Positions 1-13,885 of a DNA stretch of 64,000 nucleotides are shown one piece after another. The stretch's first letter is position 1. Each line of letters starts with the position of its first letter. Location of the stretch: the NCBI GenBank assembly GCA_043228905.1, contig JBHGNT010000011.1, positions 8,866,001-8,930,000 of the forward strand. The letters run 5' to 3'. Under the pieces are notes generated by a model. It made no database searches. It was given only the letters and a program-made list of their open reading frames with translations, and was not told the DNA's origin. The position numbers and the translations under genes were made by a program. Source of the DNA: Azolla caroliniana (Eukaryota; Plantae; Polypodiophyta).

Positions 1-2324
1 TAGCTACCCTCATAATCAGATTACGTCGGAAGGCTACTGTCTTAGACACCGGTGGTGCGGGCTAGGCTTTCGTCTCGACGATCGTGTTTATCTCTTCCAA
101 GGTATTAGTCATCCTAATATCCGACGGTATGGGACGTCGGTGGTAGGTTTGCTATGTCTAGATCATAGCTCAGGGGTGGTCGGGTGGAACGGGTTCTTCT
201 ATCCATTCTATTTTCCTTCTTTTACTTTAGTTTGGTCTATTGATTAGTAATAGGCTCTTAACACTTGGGCCTGTTCACGACGCTCATCTCGGCAGAAATT
301 CCCCCTACAGTTGTTCTAATTGCGTCGGTGATTGCGGTACCCATGGCGTTTCGGGTTTCGTCTGTCCTTGTCTGGGTAGGCTCGTTGTTCCGGCTACCTT
401 CTATCATCCCTTTGCCGGTCATAATCCAGGGAGTAATCGTGCTTGTAGCGATCCCAGTCGTAGACGTCTCTTCGTCTGTTCTCATATCTGTCACCATGTT
501 TCAATCATTATCGTTCATCCCTCCTAATTCATTTCTTGTTCGGTCGTTGCTCAGTTCAGGTCTCAATATGTACTCACACTGTTCCATAGTGTGTGACCGA
601 GAGTGGCACAACATGCATTGAGTCCGCATTGTGCATTCTAATGTGGAGTGTACGGGGTTGAGGCGTGTTGTGCATTGCACTGCCTAGCGGAATCGTAGAT
701 CCTCCTCTTTAGGAACCGCTCGTTAGAGAGTCCCCATCAACATGTAATTACTATTCTTATCCATTTCCAATACACGGTCGATAACTTGATCGATAGTGCT
801 AGTCCAGAAATCCAACATTTTTAGCATTGTTCAGAGAGCTCTTGGAGCGCAGCCAAAAATACTTCTTTCGCCTCATCTTCTGGTGGTGCTCTGGTCAGCT
901 AGTTGTGCAACGTCTTGAAGCGAATGATGAACTGTGCAACCATCTTGTTAGGTTCCTGATAGGCTATGTAAAATTGGCCGACCAGCTCCCTCTATTCCAC
1001 ATGTCGCTGAAACAGTCACAAAAAGTTTTCCTTCAAGGCATCGAACGTACCAAAGCTACCGGGAAGATGGTTTGCATGCCACCTCGCTGCTAGTCATTCC
1101 GAACTCCGCAATTTTTGAACGCTCAACCTTTGCTTCTGTCAATCATTGCGAGACATGGTTAACTTCCCATGTCTGTAAGAAGGCATAGACGTGTGCCTTT
1201 GCATTTGGGTCGTCCCGGTATTTCGGGTACGAGTATGGAATGGTGTCGTTGTCTAAAGGTTGTTCTGGGGGGTGGTGTTGGTACCTGCTCGTCCTTTTTC
1301 TCCGATTTCCGGTCCGGTGGTGGTTTCCGTACGTGCTCGTTCTTCTCCTTCGATTGTTGGTCTGATGGTGGTGTTGGTACTCGATTGCTCGTCCTCTCAT
1401 TTTCCAGTGGTGTTGGTAATGTCGTTTCCGATTCTAGTGTCAGTGTGTGCTCCAAACTCTCGTCCTCTGGTACATCTGGAGCATCGTGACCACTTTGGTA
1501 GTTTGAATGGACGCAGTGTTTGTTGTTCGACTCTGACTCAAAGGCTGAATATGCCTCGGAGTCCCCGTCACCTATGGCTAGGGTTTGGAGTATTGATTCT
1601 ACATCGCGTAGACTGCTCAGGCTACTACCTTCGTTCGGATGTCATTGATTCTGTAACCGGTGACTCCTCCGCGACCCGCCAAATCTCTCTAGGAAAAGAC
1701 CGGTCCTATCGGATTTGCTCGACTGCCTGCTGGTAGGCGTCCTGCTTCCACAGTATCTCGGCTAGTCTTCTCGCTCATTCGGAAATTGGGTCGTTCATCA
1801 GTCTAGTCATCCATTCCCCTTTGTTCACTACACTTTAGCAGGAATCCAGGTCGCCAAAACTATGTTTATCATGGGCTAGACTAGCTAGAAACACACGGTG
1901 TCCTTCCGGAACTCTTCACCAAAAGGTGGTTAAGGGAATGATGTTATCCGACGCAGATCTGAGTCTAATCCGACTGATTCCGGTTTCGTAATAAACAACC
2001 ATTTAATTAAAACACGCGTAAGTTAGAGAATGAAAGCACAGCATGGCAAGTAGAGAAGGGACACAATAATCTTAAATCAAAACTCGAACGTATATTACTT
2101 CCACTACTAATTACATCAATTCCCGGATCCTTTTATAGGCATCCGGTTGGAAATACAAAACAATGCCTTACCGACTACCAGCTCTCAATAGGTTCGGATC
2201 CGAATCGGTACAACTATTCCGGATCCATCTGTTCCTATAATATTTCTAATTAATAATTAATCTAGCTATAATATCTGACTCGTCCCTTTCCACATTTGTC
2301 CTCCGGATCATACTCCGTCCAACA
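1..2324 (-). mobile_element. 5' part of a degenerate LTR retrotransposon (probably Ty3/gypsy): 5' LTR ~1863-2324, PBS-like TGGCGACC, gag remnants; continues left of the window
   Basis: TG...CA-bounded AT-rich segment; the minus strand reads ...AAACA tagttt TGGCGACCTGG after it; retrotransposon gag-like peptide YPKYRDDPNAKAHVYAFLQTWE in ORF 1143-1400. Confidence 0.6.
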
Positions 2325-4257
2325 ACATCGGCGCTTCTCGACACGTCGGCTCCTCCGAGTCGGCATCAATTTTAGCTGCCCTCTCGTCCGTTTAGCCTTC
2401 ATGTGATTCAACTCATCTGAATCGAACTACTCGATCGAATCGGTTGTCTCTGATTCATTCCCACTCTTGTTTGAATTAGCGGTCTCTGATTCTTCTTCCT
2501 TTTCCAGGCCCTTCACCACATCCAACAAGGTGTTGGTCCTGGCCTTTTTCTTCCGCTTGGCTCTGTCCTTCTTGACACTATTGCCTACTTTGGCTCTTCC
2601 GGGTGTGTTAACTTCTTTAGTCGATTCGGTATCTTCTTCAGCTTCCTCCTGTTGCTCCTATTGCTCTCCCCTTGTTGTTCCTCATGGTCTCCCCCTCAAG
2701 TGCGGCATGTCGAGATGTTGATACCCCAAGCATCTCCGTAAAATGTTGCAACTTGTCTGATCCGAGCGCCTTGGTGAAGATATCGACGACTTGCCGATCA
2801 GTTCGAACAAACCGAAGTTCGACTTCACCGCTCAGAACCCCCTTACGCAAAGTGATAATGCACTTCTATGTGCTTCGTGCGAGCATGGAAGACGGGGTAC
2901 TTGGCCAGTTGCATGCTACTTATATTGTCGCAGTAGATCGGAATCGGAGTAGGAACTTTGACTAGTAAGTCCTACAACAGTTGTCGAAGCCATATAGCTT
3001 CACAAGTCGCAACGGTGGCTCCTCTATACTCAGCCTTAGTGCTCGATAGGGCCATTGTTAGCTACTTTTTGTTGCTCCATCCTACAGCCGCACTTCCGAC
3101 AGAAAACATGAAACCTGATGTCCACCGACAATTTGTGGTGTCTCCTGCCCAGTCAACATCAGTATAGCCAACTAGTTGTTTAGCTAACAATCCCCAATCC
3201 TTTGTGCCACTCACATACCGCAATATTTGAGTTGCGCACTTAAGGTGCTCGACAGTGACTTATCACACCGACCGGATAATTAAGGTCAGGTCGAGTGATA
3301 GTTAAATATATGAGGCTCCCGACAATTTGTCGAAACTATTTCTCATCGTAGGCCGCTCCCGAGTCGGGACGTAGCGTCAGGTTTTTGTCGAGAGGAGTGG
3401 AGACGGATCAACAATCCGTCATGCTAAATTTGTACAACATATTCAACACATAATGTCATTGGGATAACAATATGCCGTCAGGGGTGTGGATCACTTCGAT
3501 CTTGAGGAAGTAGTGAAGGTTCCCCAGGTCCTTCATTTCAAATGCGTCCGACAACTTGGAGTTTACTAGACCGATTTCAGGAAGGTCGGGTACAGTGATG
3601 ACCAGATCATCTACATACAACAGAATGCAAACTAAACCTTTCCGACTGAATAGAGAAGAGTCGGATTTGGAGGCTGCAAAACCCCATCTTACGCAACAGG
3701 TATGTGATTTTTGAGTTCCAAACATGGGGGGTTGAGGCCATAAAGCGACTTCTTCAGTAGACATATTGCCGACTTATGCAACTTCGACTGAAATACAGGG
3801 GGTTGGACCATAAATACCTATTCTTGAAGGCCACCTTGAAGAAACACATTCTTCATGTCCACCTGATGGAGATGCCACCCCTTTGCCGCTACGACTGCTA
3901 GCACCACACAAACCGTCCTCATCTTCTTTACTGGTGCAGAGGTCTCGTCGTAGTCGATGTCGTGGGTCTGTGCATATCCTTTGGCCACCAATCGGGCCTT
4001 GTACCGGTTGATCAAATCGTCGGCATTTCCTTTCACATTGTATACCCACTTACATGCAATCGGTTTGTAGTGTCGAGGAGGGCAACCAAGTCCCATGTCT
4101 CGTTGGCATCTAGTGCCCGCATTTCTTCCTCCATGGCCGAACACCAATTGGCATCCTGTAACGCCTCCGCATAGCTCTCTGGCTCACAAACTTTTGCCAC
4201 TTTTATCATGTATGCATAATGTTTCCCTATGTACTTGTTATAATCATACCTAATCAT
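2325..4257 (-). mobile_element. Copia L0, 3' part (degenerate RT/RNase H)
   Basis: Fragments [29 protein letters not shown] and DIFTKAL with stops and frameshifts. Confidence 0.9.
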
Positions 4258-6649
4258 TGTCATGAGCAGTACTAAGACATAGAAGTATTGTCAGGAACAA
4301 TACTAAGACAGAGAAGGAATTAGTACTAAAAGATGAGGATTAGTACTAAGGGAGGCGTAGAAATCTCGAGAGAAGGAGAGAGTGATCAAGAGAGAGAGAG
4401 AGAGAGAGGATAACAAAAGATATATATTATGTTAAGGGAATATACAATAATAGCTAGGAGGCTTAAGACTAGCGTTGAACCGATTTGGTTTGAAATAATG
4501 CCTTGTGCCTCCTTTTACAGTATTCTCAGGAGTACTCCTGAAGTTTCTAGATTGTTCCAGAGGAATCTGGAATATACATCAATTTTCTATAGTAAAACTT
4601 AAATGAAAATAATATCCTTCATATTATAACATACAGTCTAATGGTCAAGAGCTTGACCCATGTAACATAAGGTCATGGGTTCGAGTCTTGCCATATCATG
4701 ACATTATCCCCCATTTAAAACGACGAGTGTCACGAGTTGTTTTGGATTGAGGACTCGGTTTGTCTAGATATTGACAATGGAATTCTTCAAGAAGAGCACG
4801 AGCATTGGTCACATTCTCTATTGGTTCCCAAGTATGCTCGCTAGGACTATATCCTAGACAATCGACTAAATAGTAGAGCTTGTTGCGAACAATCTTGGAA
4901 GCGAGGATGGCGTCAACCTCATACTCAGGTCCATCTTCAAGCTCGATCAGGGGTGGAGGTTGTTTAATACGACCTGGGATGGTGCTATCTTGATAGGGTT
5001 CGAGGAGAGAACTATGAAACACTGGATGTATCCGAAGTTGCGGAGGTAGATTGAGAAGAAAAGAGACATCATTAATTTTTCCGATAATACGGAAAGGACT
5101 TAATCGTCGGTAATCCAACCTCTCGCATGGACGAGTATTCTTGATGTGTCGTCATAGTAGCCACACCCGATCTCCAATGTCAAAACTGGATGGAAGCCGA
5201 TGCCGATCTGCGTAAACCTTGTGTGTTTGTTGAGCTTGGTGTAGATGAGTAGATAAATCCGCTTGTATCTTACGTAGCCGTTCCAAACGATCCTCTGCAC
5301 AAGGATTTGTGGGTAACTCTAGGGTTTCAAATACACACCACTGGGGGTGACAATCCGTGTAAGCATAAAATGGTGTCACCTTTGTCGATGGGGGTGACAG
5401 CCCGTGTACGCAAATTTAGCGAAGTGGAGAATATCTGCCTAGTCATCTTCATGATAGCTTAAAAAGCACCAAACATACTACTCCAATTTTTTATTTGTTC
5501 GTTCTGCTTGGCCGTCTGTTTGTGGGTGGTAGCGGGAGGAGAGGTTACAAGTGACCTTAAGCATTTTAAAGAGGTGCTTCCAGAACTTTGAGAAGAACTG
5601 GGGTCCATAGTTGCTGATGATACTATCAGAAAGGCCATGATGCCGACATACTTCACGCATGACAATTTCGGCAGTTTCTTCACTAGAGATTTCCTTAGTA
5701 CATGGCAAGAAATGGGCCATCTTCGTATATCAATCTACTACTATTTAAATCATATTGAATCCCTTAGAGACCAGAAGATCTGTGATGAAATCTAGGGCAA
5801 TGGATTTTCATGGCTTGCTTGGAATTGGTAATGGTTCTAATAAACCATATGGATGATGCCTTGGCATTTTTGCTCTGCAACATGTATCACAAGTCCGAAC
5901 AAAATCTTCGACAAATTGTCGCATATGGGGCCACCAGAAGGATCGTTGTACTAAATCTAGTGTTTTAGTACTACCAAAATGTCCAGCTGTATATATGTCA
6001 TAACAGTTTTGGACTACTTGAAGGCGACAAGTACCATTAGGAACATACAAGAGTTTCTTAAAGAATAGTAATCCATCATGACATTCGAATTGTCGATAGT
6101 CCGTACCTGGTTGTTGCGACTGTGAACAAGATGCTCGAGAGGGATCAATTTGTGCTAGAATGTCTTGAGCGAAAACATCTGTCTTCAAGTCCTCACATAT
6201 GGTATCGATAATGTGGGAATCCAAGGGCATACCGAAGACCTGCGTTACTTGCAGTCGTGCTGGTCCCAAGATTACTTGCTTTTGGTTATCGAAAGTCGGC
6301 TCGCCGGGACGCGGTGCTAGATACAAACGCCGTGATAATGCATCTGCCTTCCCTTGTTGCTTCCCCGGACAATATGTAATTTTGAAGTCGAAATGAATGA
6401 GGAATCGGGCCTGCCGAGCTTGACGTCGATTTAACACGCGGGTATTCTGAAAGTAGGCAAGGTTTTTGTGATCACTGAATACGATGACTTGATAAGAAGA
6501 CCCCTCTAGAAAATGCCTCCATTGCGTAAAAGAGTCCACTATTGCTAATAGCCCCTTATCATGAATTTCATAGTTGATTTCCGCGGCGTCAAACTTGCGT
6601 GAATGGAAAACCATAGGATGTAGCTTTTCATCATCGCCTTGTTGAGACA
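4258..6649 (-). mobile_element. Ty3/gypsy chromovirus (Tcn1-like), 3' part: RNase H, integrase, chromodomain, PPT, 3' LTR 4258-4703
   Basis: NYEIHDKGLLAIV, DHKNL, ADALSR, GHFG..KT, YHPQTDGQAER, chromodomain EYEVDAIL...YYLV..GY...TWEP; PPT AAATGGGGGATAA. Confidence 0.92.
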
Positions 6650-6700
6650 TGTAAAAACAAAGGTGCGGAAGCGTCAGACAAACAGGCTCCGTCGGATAGC

Positions 6701-6703
<3 letters not shown>

Positions 6704-6763
<60 letters not shown>
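6704..6763. repeat. (GA)n microsatellite in the copia LTR
   Basis: Direct reading; expanded relative to the partner LTR at ~56250. Confidence 0.95.
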
Positions 6764-6768
<5 letters not shown>

Positions 6769-9669
6769 AACATAGAGTGTATGCAGGAGAGACAGAGAAT
6801 GAGCAAAACATTAAAAATCTATTACAAAACAATAATAGTTCACTCTCAATTTACAACCTGCTTCAACAACACTATTTATACAAGTCCTAAGAGGATTGAC
6901 AGAAGTACGGTGTACTTCAATGCTCACACGAGCGTCTGACACTAACTACAAGTCATTAACTACCTAGAAGTCTAGGCTGCTACTAGGCTTTCGGTTACTG
7001 CTGGATCCGGCTAACCGGCTCCCCAGCTCATCGGCTCACCCTTCTGGATGTCGATCCGGCTGAGGCTTATTCAGCCGATCCGAATCTGGTTGAGCTTGCC
7101 GCTCAACACTCCCCCTCAAGCTCAACTTGAGTTCGGATCGTAGTGTCAGTCTCCATGGTAGCCGGTCCTTCCACCCGTCTCCTTTTGGCGTCACTCCGCC
7201 TCCCTCGCGCTCCTCATCCGGTTCAGTCCTGTTTGCCGCGACCCTTCTGATTCTGCGCACCTCGACCTCCTTGGTCAATTTGTTTCCTCAACATGCCCAA
7301 TTCAGCTCCCTCGTTGTTGTGATTTCGACGCTTGCCAATTTGCCAATTCCTTCGTGTTGGCATCGACTTTCGCTGCCTTCTCATCCTCTTGGCCTTGAAT
7401 TGATCCGGTACTTCCGAATCCGTCTATTGAACTGAATCGGTTGTCTCTGATTTGTTCCAGCTCTTGTCCGAATCGGTCACACCCAATTCGTCTTCTGGTT
7501 CCAGGCCCTTCACCACAACAGACCATGTCTGGATCTTGGCCTTCTTCTTCTTGTCTCTCCCTTTGTAAGTTCTTCCCTCACCGACGCCTTTGCCCATTCC
7601 GGTGTCTTTGCCCATTCTCCCCCTCAAGTGTGGCACGTCAAGATACTGAACACCAAGCATTTCGGTGAAGTGCTGCAACTTGTCCGATCCGAGCGGTTTG
7701 GTGAAGATGTCAGCAACTTGCTGATCCGTATGAACATACCGAAGTTCGACTTCACCGCTCAGGACACGCTCATGCACGAAGTGGTAGTGCACTTCTATGT
7801 GCTTCGTGCAAGCATGGAATACAGGGTTCTTGGCGAGCTACATGCTACTTATGTTGTCACAGTAGATCAGGATTGGGGTCAGCACCTCAATCCGCAAGTC
7901 TTGCAGTAGTCGCCGAAGCCAAATGGCTTCACAGGTGGCAACGGTAGTGCCCCGGTATTCAACCTCTGTGCTCGAAAGGGCCACCATTGGCTGCTTTTTG
8001 CTCCTCCACGCAATAGCCGCGCTACCAAGGGAAAACATATAGCCGGAGGTGGATCAGTGATCGGATGCATCGCTGGCCCAGTCGACATTGGTGTAGCCGA
8101 CTAGCTCTTCGGTTATACCATGCCAGTATAACGGTCCCCGGTCCTTCGTGCTGCTCACATATCGCAAAATTGGATGCGCGCACAAAAGGTGCTCCACGGT
8201 CGGCTTCTGCATATATTGGTTGATCACGCCGACCGGATAACTGATGTCGGGTCGGGTGATTGTCAAATATATAAGGCTTCTGACGATTTGTCGGAACCGC
8301 TGCTCATCGCAAGCCGGTCCAGAGTCGGGACGGAGCTTCTGGTTCTGGTCCAGGGGTGTGGAGATTGGTCGACATTCCGTCATGCAGGACTTGTACAACA
8401 TATTCAACACATAATGTCTTTGTGAGAGCAATATGCCGTTAGGGGTTCAGATCACCTCGATCCCAAGGAAATAGTAAAGGTCCCCCAGGTCCTTTATCTC
8501 AAATGCTTCCGATAGCTGGGACTTGTTGTTGGGGTGGGGGGTGAAACCTAGAATGGCTTCACCCCCCTCCCAAGGGGGTTAAGTTAGAGAGAGAGCAAGG
8601 GAGAAAGACAAATACAAAATGACACAATGTGAGAGGGGAAAAATGTATATCCCATTACATGCCCCATTAGGGGTTTCTATAGTTCATAGTGTAACGGTTA
8701 ATAATATGACCATTACAAAAAGAAGACCGTTACATTCTTGTCACATGCACATAATTTTGCATGTGCTCACACATACTCATCTTCACACACTTATTTACTT
8801 TATACATACACATCATTACACCTATCCTTATGCCTCCTTGTATATTCTTACGGGTAACACATGGCATGCCTATGGGACAGTGCATTGCACGGTGAACCCA
8901 CTTGCCATGGCAACTCTTCTCGACCGGAACTCCATCTATCGGCTCAACGGTCGGAAATCCCTTGACCGGATCATTACTCTACGATCGATAACTTTGATCG
9001 GAGCTTCGCTTGACTCGAACCTTCTCGTTCGGTCAACATATCTCTCGATTGGATCACACACCAATCGGCTCATCCATTGTGGCATGGGTCATGAAATCGT
9101 GAAATCGTGTTGTGTATATGCGGTTTCTTCATGTGAGTTGAGTATTTTGTATCTCTTGGTCTCTAAAATTTTCATTTTTTTCCCTCGAATTTTTTTTAAA
9201 TTTTATTTATTGCCCTCACGCTTTTGGAATTTCGTCGTCATACCCTCTGGTTTTTGAAATTCATCACTGTATCCTTGTCTTTTTTGAAACTTACTCTCAT
9301 GCCCTTGTTTATATTTCTTCTCTCCTCTTTTCTTCTTCGTCGTCAATTTCTTCTTGGTCTTCTCTTTTCTCTGTTTGTCTGTCTTCTTCTTCTCTTGTTG
9401 TCTGCATCCTTATGTCTTCTTCCATGTGCCTTCTCCTTTTCTTACTTAATTCTTCTTGGCTCTTCTTCTTCCATCTGCCGTTTCTAGCCCGTTTCCATCT
9501 GTGGTTGTCCCTGTGTCTGTGAGTCGCCTCTGTTTCCCTGCTGCCAACTGTGCAACTGACTGGCCAGCTCTGTCCGTGGCCATCTGTCTGGTCTATAGGT
9601 CATCATTGTCTGATGGTCGTGTCTATCCGACGGGTCGCTTGGTCGTTCCTGGACTGTCTCGTGGCAATC

Positions 9670-10045
9670 ATTCGGCCGCGTCTCGGCCCACGATCAGTTT
9701 CTCGGAGATGTCTTGGTTGTGTGTCTCGACTGCACGTCTTGGCCGCACTCTTGGCCATGTGTCTTGGCTGCGCATCTCGGACGTATTCTTGGCGACACAT
9801 CTCGGCCGTACTCTGGGCTACGCGTCTCAGCCACATGTCTTGGCCGTACTCTCATGCGCGCATCTAGGCCGTACTCTCGGCGCACGTCTTGGCTGTACCC
9901 TCAACCGCGCATCACGATCGTCCTCTCAGCCATGCGTCTCAGCTGTACCCTCGACCACGCATCTCGGTCGTCTTCTTGGCCGCTCGTGTTGGCCATATTC
10001 TCGACGGCTCTCTCGATCGCGCCTCTCGGCCGCACATCTTGGTTG
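9670..10045. repeat. Degenerate GC-rich minisatellite (12/24-bp units, e.g. CTCGGCCGCACGTCTTGGCCGTACT)
   Basis: Repeated TCTCGGCCG/TCTTGGCCG cores; gives repeated HLGRTLG peptides in the ORF track. Confidence 0.8.
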
Positions 10046-10530
10046 TGTGGCTGTCCGCTCGGGATGAGCTTTACTATGGCCGCCCATTTGCTGACCATCT
10101 TCCTCAGATGGTTTTGCCTAGGTTCTGTGCATCGAATTGATATATCATAGAGAGGCGAGTGCAGAGAGTTTGCTAAAGGAATTGATTTTGTGGTGACATC
10201 AATGATTTCCCTCATGTATACCCTTTCGTTTTCTAAAATTTTGTCGAATGCCCTTCCATTTCTTCACATTCTAATGATGCCCTCAAGATTCCCTCACTGC
10301 TTTCTATCTGCATCTTGCTTTGTCTTTCCCTCTTCTTCTTTCTTTCTTCTTGCTTTTTGTCTGCATCTTTTTCTTCTTGTTCTTCGTTTTCTCTTTCTTC
10401 TCTGCATATTACTTAGATTCTTCTTCATCCGTTTCTCCTTGTTTTCGTTTTCGTCTTCGTCTTTTCCTGTCTTCTTGGCTTCTGTCTTCTCTTGGCGACC
10501 TTCTTTGTGCCTGTCATCAGCTGTCAGCCA

Positions 10531-11086
10531 TCATCTCCGCTCGCCTAATGTCTCTGTTTGGCTGTCGGACGACTTCCGCTCGAAATGCCGCCTCAACTCG
10601 TACAGCGCCACAAACGCTTGCTTGCATAGTGGGCATGGCCATGGTATCTTCTTGTTCTGGCCCGCCTTTAGGGATGACAGCATTGTCCCCAGAGAATGAT
10701 GAACCTCCACTATAGCAGGATCAACGCGATCACCTCTCTTCATCCCGCACACGCCATCGCTCAGATCCTTCATAATGCCTTGTATTGTTCTTCTTGCTGT
10801 TGTTGTTGACGCCATTGCCACTACACCGCGTCTTGTGAAGCATCCTTAGTGTCTGAGGATTCTTGAACATTTTCAGATACCCGCCATAGCCACATCTGTA
10901 CGGTCGTTGGTTCTGTATAAGGTGTATGGGCACGATCGATGCACATTGTTTCTTCTGCTCCATCAACTGCTTCTGTACGAGCTTCTGAAGGTCTGCCGAA
11001 ATGGCAGGATCACCCACATTGAAGAAGGTTTGGAGGGAGTGGAGCGCTAAGGAGTCAGATGGCGTCTGATCTATCTGATGATGCAT
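10531..11086 (-). pseudogene. Frameshifted C2H2 zinc-finger transcription-factor fragment (WIP/STOP1/IDD-like architecture)
   Basis: RPYRCGYGGYLKMFKNPQTLRMLHKT and KKIPWPCPLCKQAFVALYELRRHFERK in two overlapping frames. Confidence 0.65.
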
Positions 11087-13885
11087 CCATGTTTGGTCAA
11101 CAAAAACAGTGTGGTTCTGATCTTAACCTACGAAAAGTGGTTCCAAAGAGAGAAATGACAATGTATTTCCTTGTAGAGAAGAAGACGATGATGACGAAAG
11201 TCCATATGGTGCACGAGGAGGAGCCCAAGGGAGCTTCTGGAGCTTGATCGTGAGTGAGAGGATCTTGTTGTGAAGAAGGGAATGGGAATATGATGAATTT
11301 GAGAGTATTAACCAGGTTTGGGTGCATTGTGGGTGTGTGTGGTGGTCTGAGTTTCCTCGGAGGCTTGGCCCACAGTAGAGAAAATCAAACCAAACTGCAG
11401 TTTATATGTAAAGAAGAAGAAGTATGACACATCACAACACACAAGAGATAGGGGGAAGAGCAACAAGATACTCATCTTACTAAATATCTAGATCCCAACG
11501 CACACCAAAAACCTTTAATTATAATAGATCACCATATGGAGAATCTAAGCCCAAAACCACAACACATACATTAATATATACACATAGAGAGAGGGAGAGA
11601 TAGAGATTAGTGATGGAGAGGGAGTCTAGTGAGGGAGGGACTTCTTCTCAAGGGAGGATCGGCCATTTAGGCGTGCCAAAAGTGTTGTTGGGGTGGGGGG
11701 TGAAACCTAGAATGGCTTCACCCCCCTCCCAAGGGGGTTAAGTTAGAGAGAGAGCAAGAGAGAAAGACAAATACAAAATGACACAATGTGGGGAAAAATG
11801 TATATCCCATTACATGCCCCATTAGGGGTTTATATAGTACATAGTGTAACGGTTAATAATATGACCGTTACAAAAAGATCGTTACATTCTTATCACATGC
11901 ACATAATTTTGCATGTGCTCACACATACTCATCTTCACACACTCATTTACTTTATACATAGACATCATTACACCTATCCTTATGCCTCCTTGTATATTCT
12001 TACGGGTAACAAGACTTGACCTCGCTAATTTCATCGAGTCTAGGTCCAGTGATGACTAGATCATCAACATACAACAAGATGCAAACTGGACCGTCCGAAG
12101 CTTGCCGGATGAACAACGAAGAGTCAAACTTGGAGGCCGCAAACCCCATCTTACGCAATCGGTGCGTGATCTTCGCATTTCAAGTTTAGGGGGCTTGCTT
12201 CAGGCCATAAAGTGACTTCTTCAACCGGCATACCGCCAACTTGTTCATCTTCGACTAGAAACCGGGGGGTTGGTTCATAAAAACCTCTTCTTCAAGATCG
12301 CCTTGAAGAAATGCATTCTTCACGTCCATCTGGTGAAGATGCCACCCCCTTGCCGCAACAATCACCAACACGACACAAATCGTCGTCATCTTCGCTACCG
12401 GAGCAAAGGTCTCATCGTAGTCGATTCCGTGGGTCTGCGCGTACCCCTTCGCCACTAACCGGGCCTTGTACCGGTTAATTGAACCGTCGGCATTGCACTT
12501 TACCTTGTACATCCACTTACATCCGATCGGTTTACAGTGTCAGGGAGGGTCAACTAGGTCCCATGTGTCGTTGGCATCAAGTGCCCGCATTTCTTCCTCC
12601 ATAGCGGCACGCCAATTTACGTCCTTTGTCGCTTCTGCGTAGCTCTTCGGCTCACGCACTTCCGCCACCTTAGTCATGTACGCATAATGATGCGCCATGT
12701 ACTCATTGTACCCGTACCACTTCACGGGGTTCTTCTAGGGGGAAGACCAGCGTATCTTATCGTTACCCAGTTTGAGGCCCTTCTTGGCTAGTTCGGGCTT
12801 TGTTCCCGAAGATCTACCTTCATCCTTTCCGGAGTCGGATTCGCCTTACCGGCTATGGTTTCATTCAGTGGGGAATGGAAGCCGATGTTGCTTCCTGAGT
12901 TGGCAGACTTCACAAATTTCGACCTTCCGGCCGCTAAATTTCGGCAAACCGAAAACGACTTGTTTCGATTACAGGTCTTGAAGCCTCCAATAATTGACAT
13001 AGCCGATCCCCTTGTGCTAGAGATCGATATCCGATTCAATCTTTTGTCCTTTGGCGAACAAAGCGATACCGATGTCATTGGTGTCGAGGATAAACATCCT
13101 CCCGTCTCTGTGCCCTTGCGCAATGATTTGGCCCTCTTCCTCGATGAAGCACCAAATGTGCGTAAACCGCACCTGCATCCCCTGGTCGACAATCTATCCA
13201 ACCGACACCAAGTTCTTCGTGATAGTTGGAACATGTAATACGTTCATCAGCTTCCCCCTCTGTCCGACGTGGCTCAAAGGGACTTCTCCGACATGCACGA
13301 TTGGGTGAGGAGTGTCGTCTCCGGTTTCGACAACTCCCGGTTGTTCCGGTTTCTCTAGGAAAGAGAACCACTCTTTGTGGCTCGTCATGTGATTCGACAC
13401 ACCGGAGTCAACGTACCACACTTCCTCCGATTTGTAAGTGGTCTTCTTCATTGAGTTAGCCTCGTGTTTCATCACCAAGGCTAGCCCTTTACCGGCTTTT
13501 TCAGTTTTGGATCCTCTGGATCCTTCTACGTAGTGCGAATATTGTCGGTTCTCTCTGCGGGCCTTGCCGGATCCGGATTTGTCCGAATCGGTGCGCTTCT
13601 TCCAGCACTCGCTTTCTCTGTGGCCCTTTTTACCACAATACCAGCATTCCATGTCGGCCTTCGGCGCCGCGTTGACTCCCCCTGCTTGTGGAGGGTCCGA
13701 AACTGTTGTCGACACGTTCTTTGTGCCTTCTGTCCTGCACTTGCCATCCGCTACCATTGCGAGCTAACCCGCCTCGTCCACCACACCCACGGGGCCGATC
13801 CGCTTCCGTGTACAACATCCGACTGTCAGTAGGTGCACTGGTTGACGCACCGGCATGGTTCTCCTCTACAAGGAACATCAACTAT

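Larger units (their letters stand above)
8524..12011 (-). mobile_element. Non-autonomous LTR element (LTRs 8524-8859 and 11683-12011) with no gag/pol, carrying a zinc-finger gene fragment
   Basis: ~330 bp TG...CA direct repeats; TSD GGACT/AGACT inside copia RT (VKS|QLSEAF); PBS-like TGGCACGCC on the minus strand at ~11670-11678. Confidence 0.85.

Noticed and set aside
4634-4693. Functional tRNA gene
   Set aside because: A/B boxes are present but I could not build a convincing cloverleaf; kept only as a tRNA-like motif
5808-6806. ORF with an SLSLSL signal-like N-terminus
   Set aside because: The N-terminus derives from the (GA)n microsatellite of an inserted copia LTR
9670-10045. CRISPR-like array
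   Set aside because: Degenerate tandem units without unique spacers or cas genes, in a eukaryotic context
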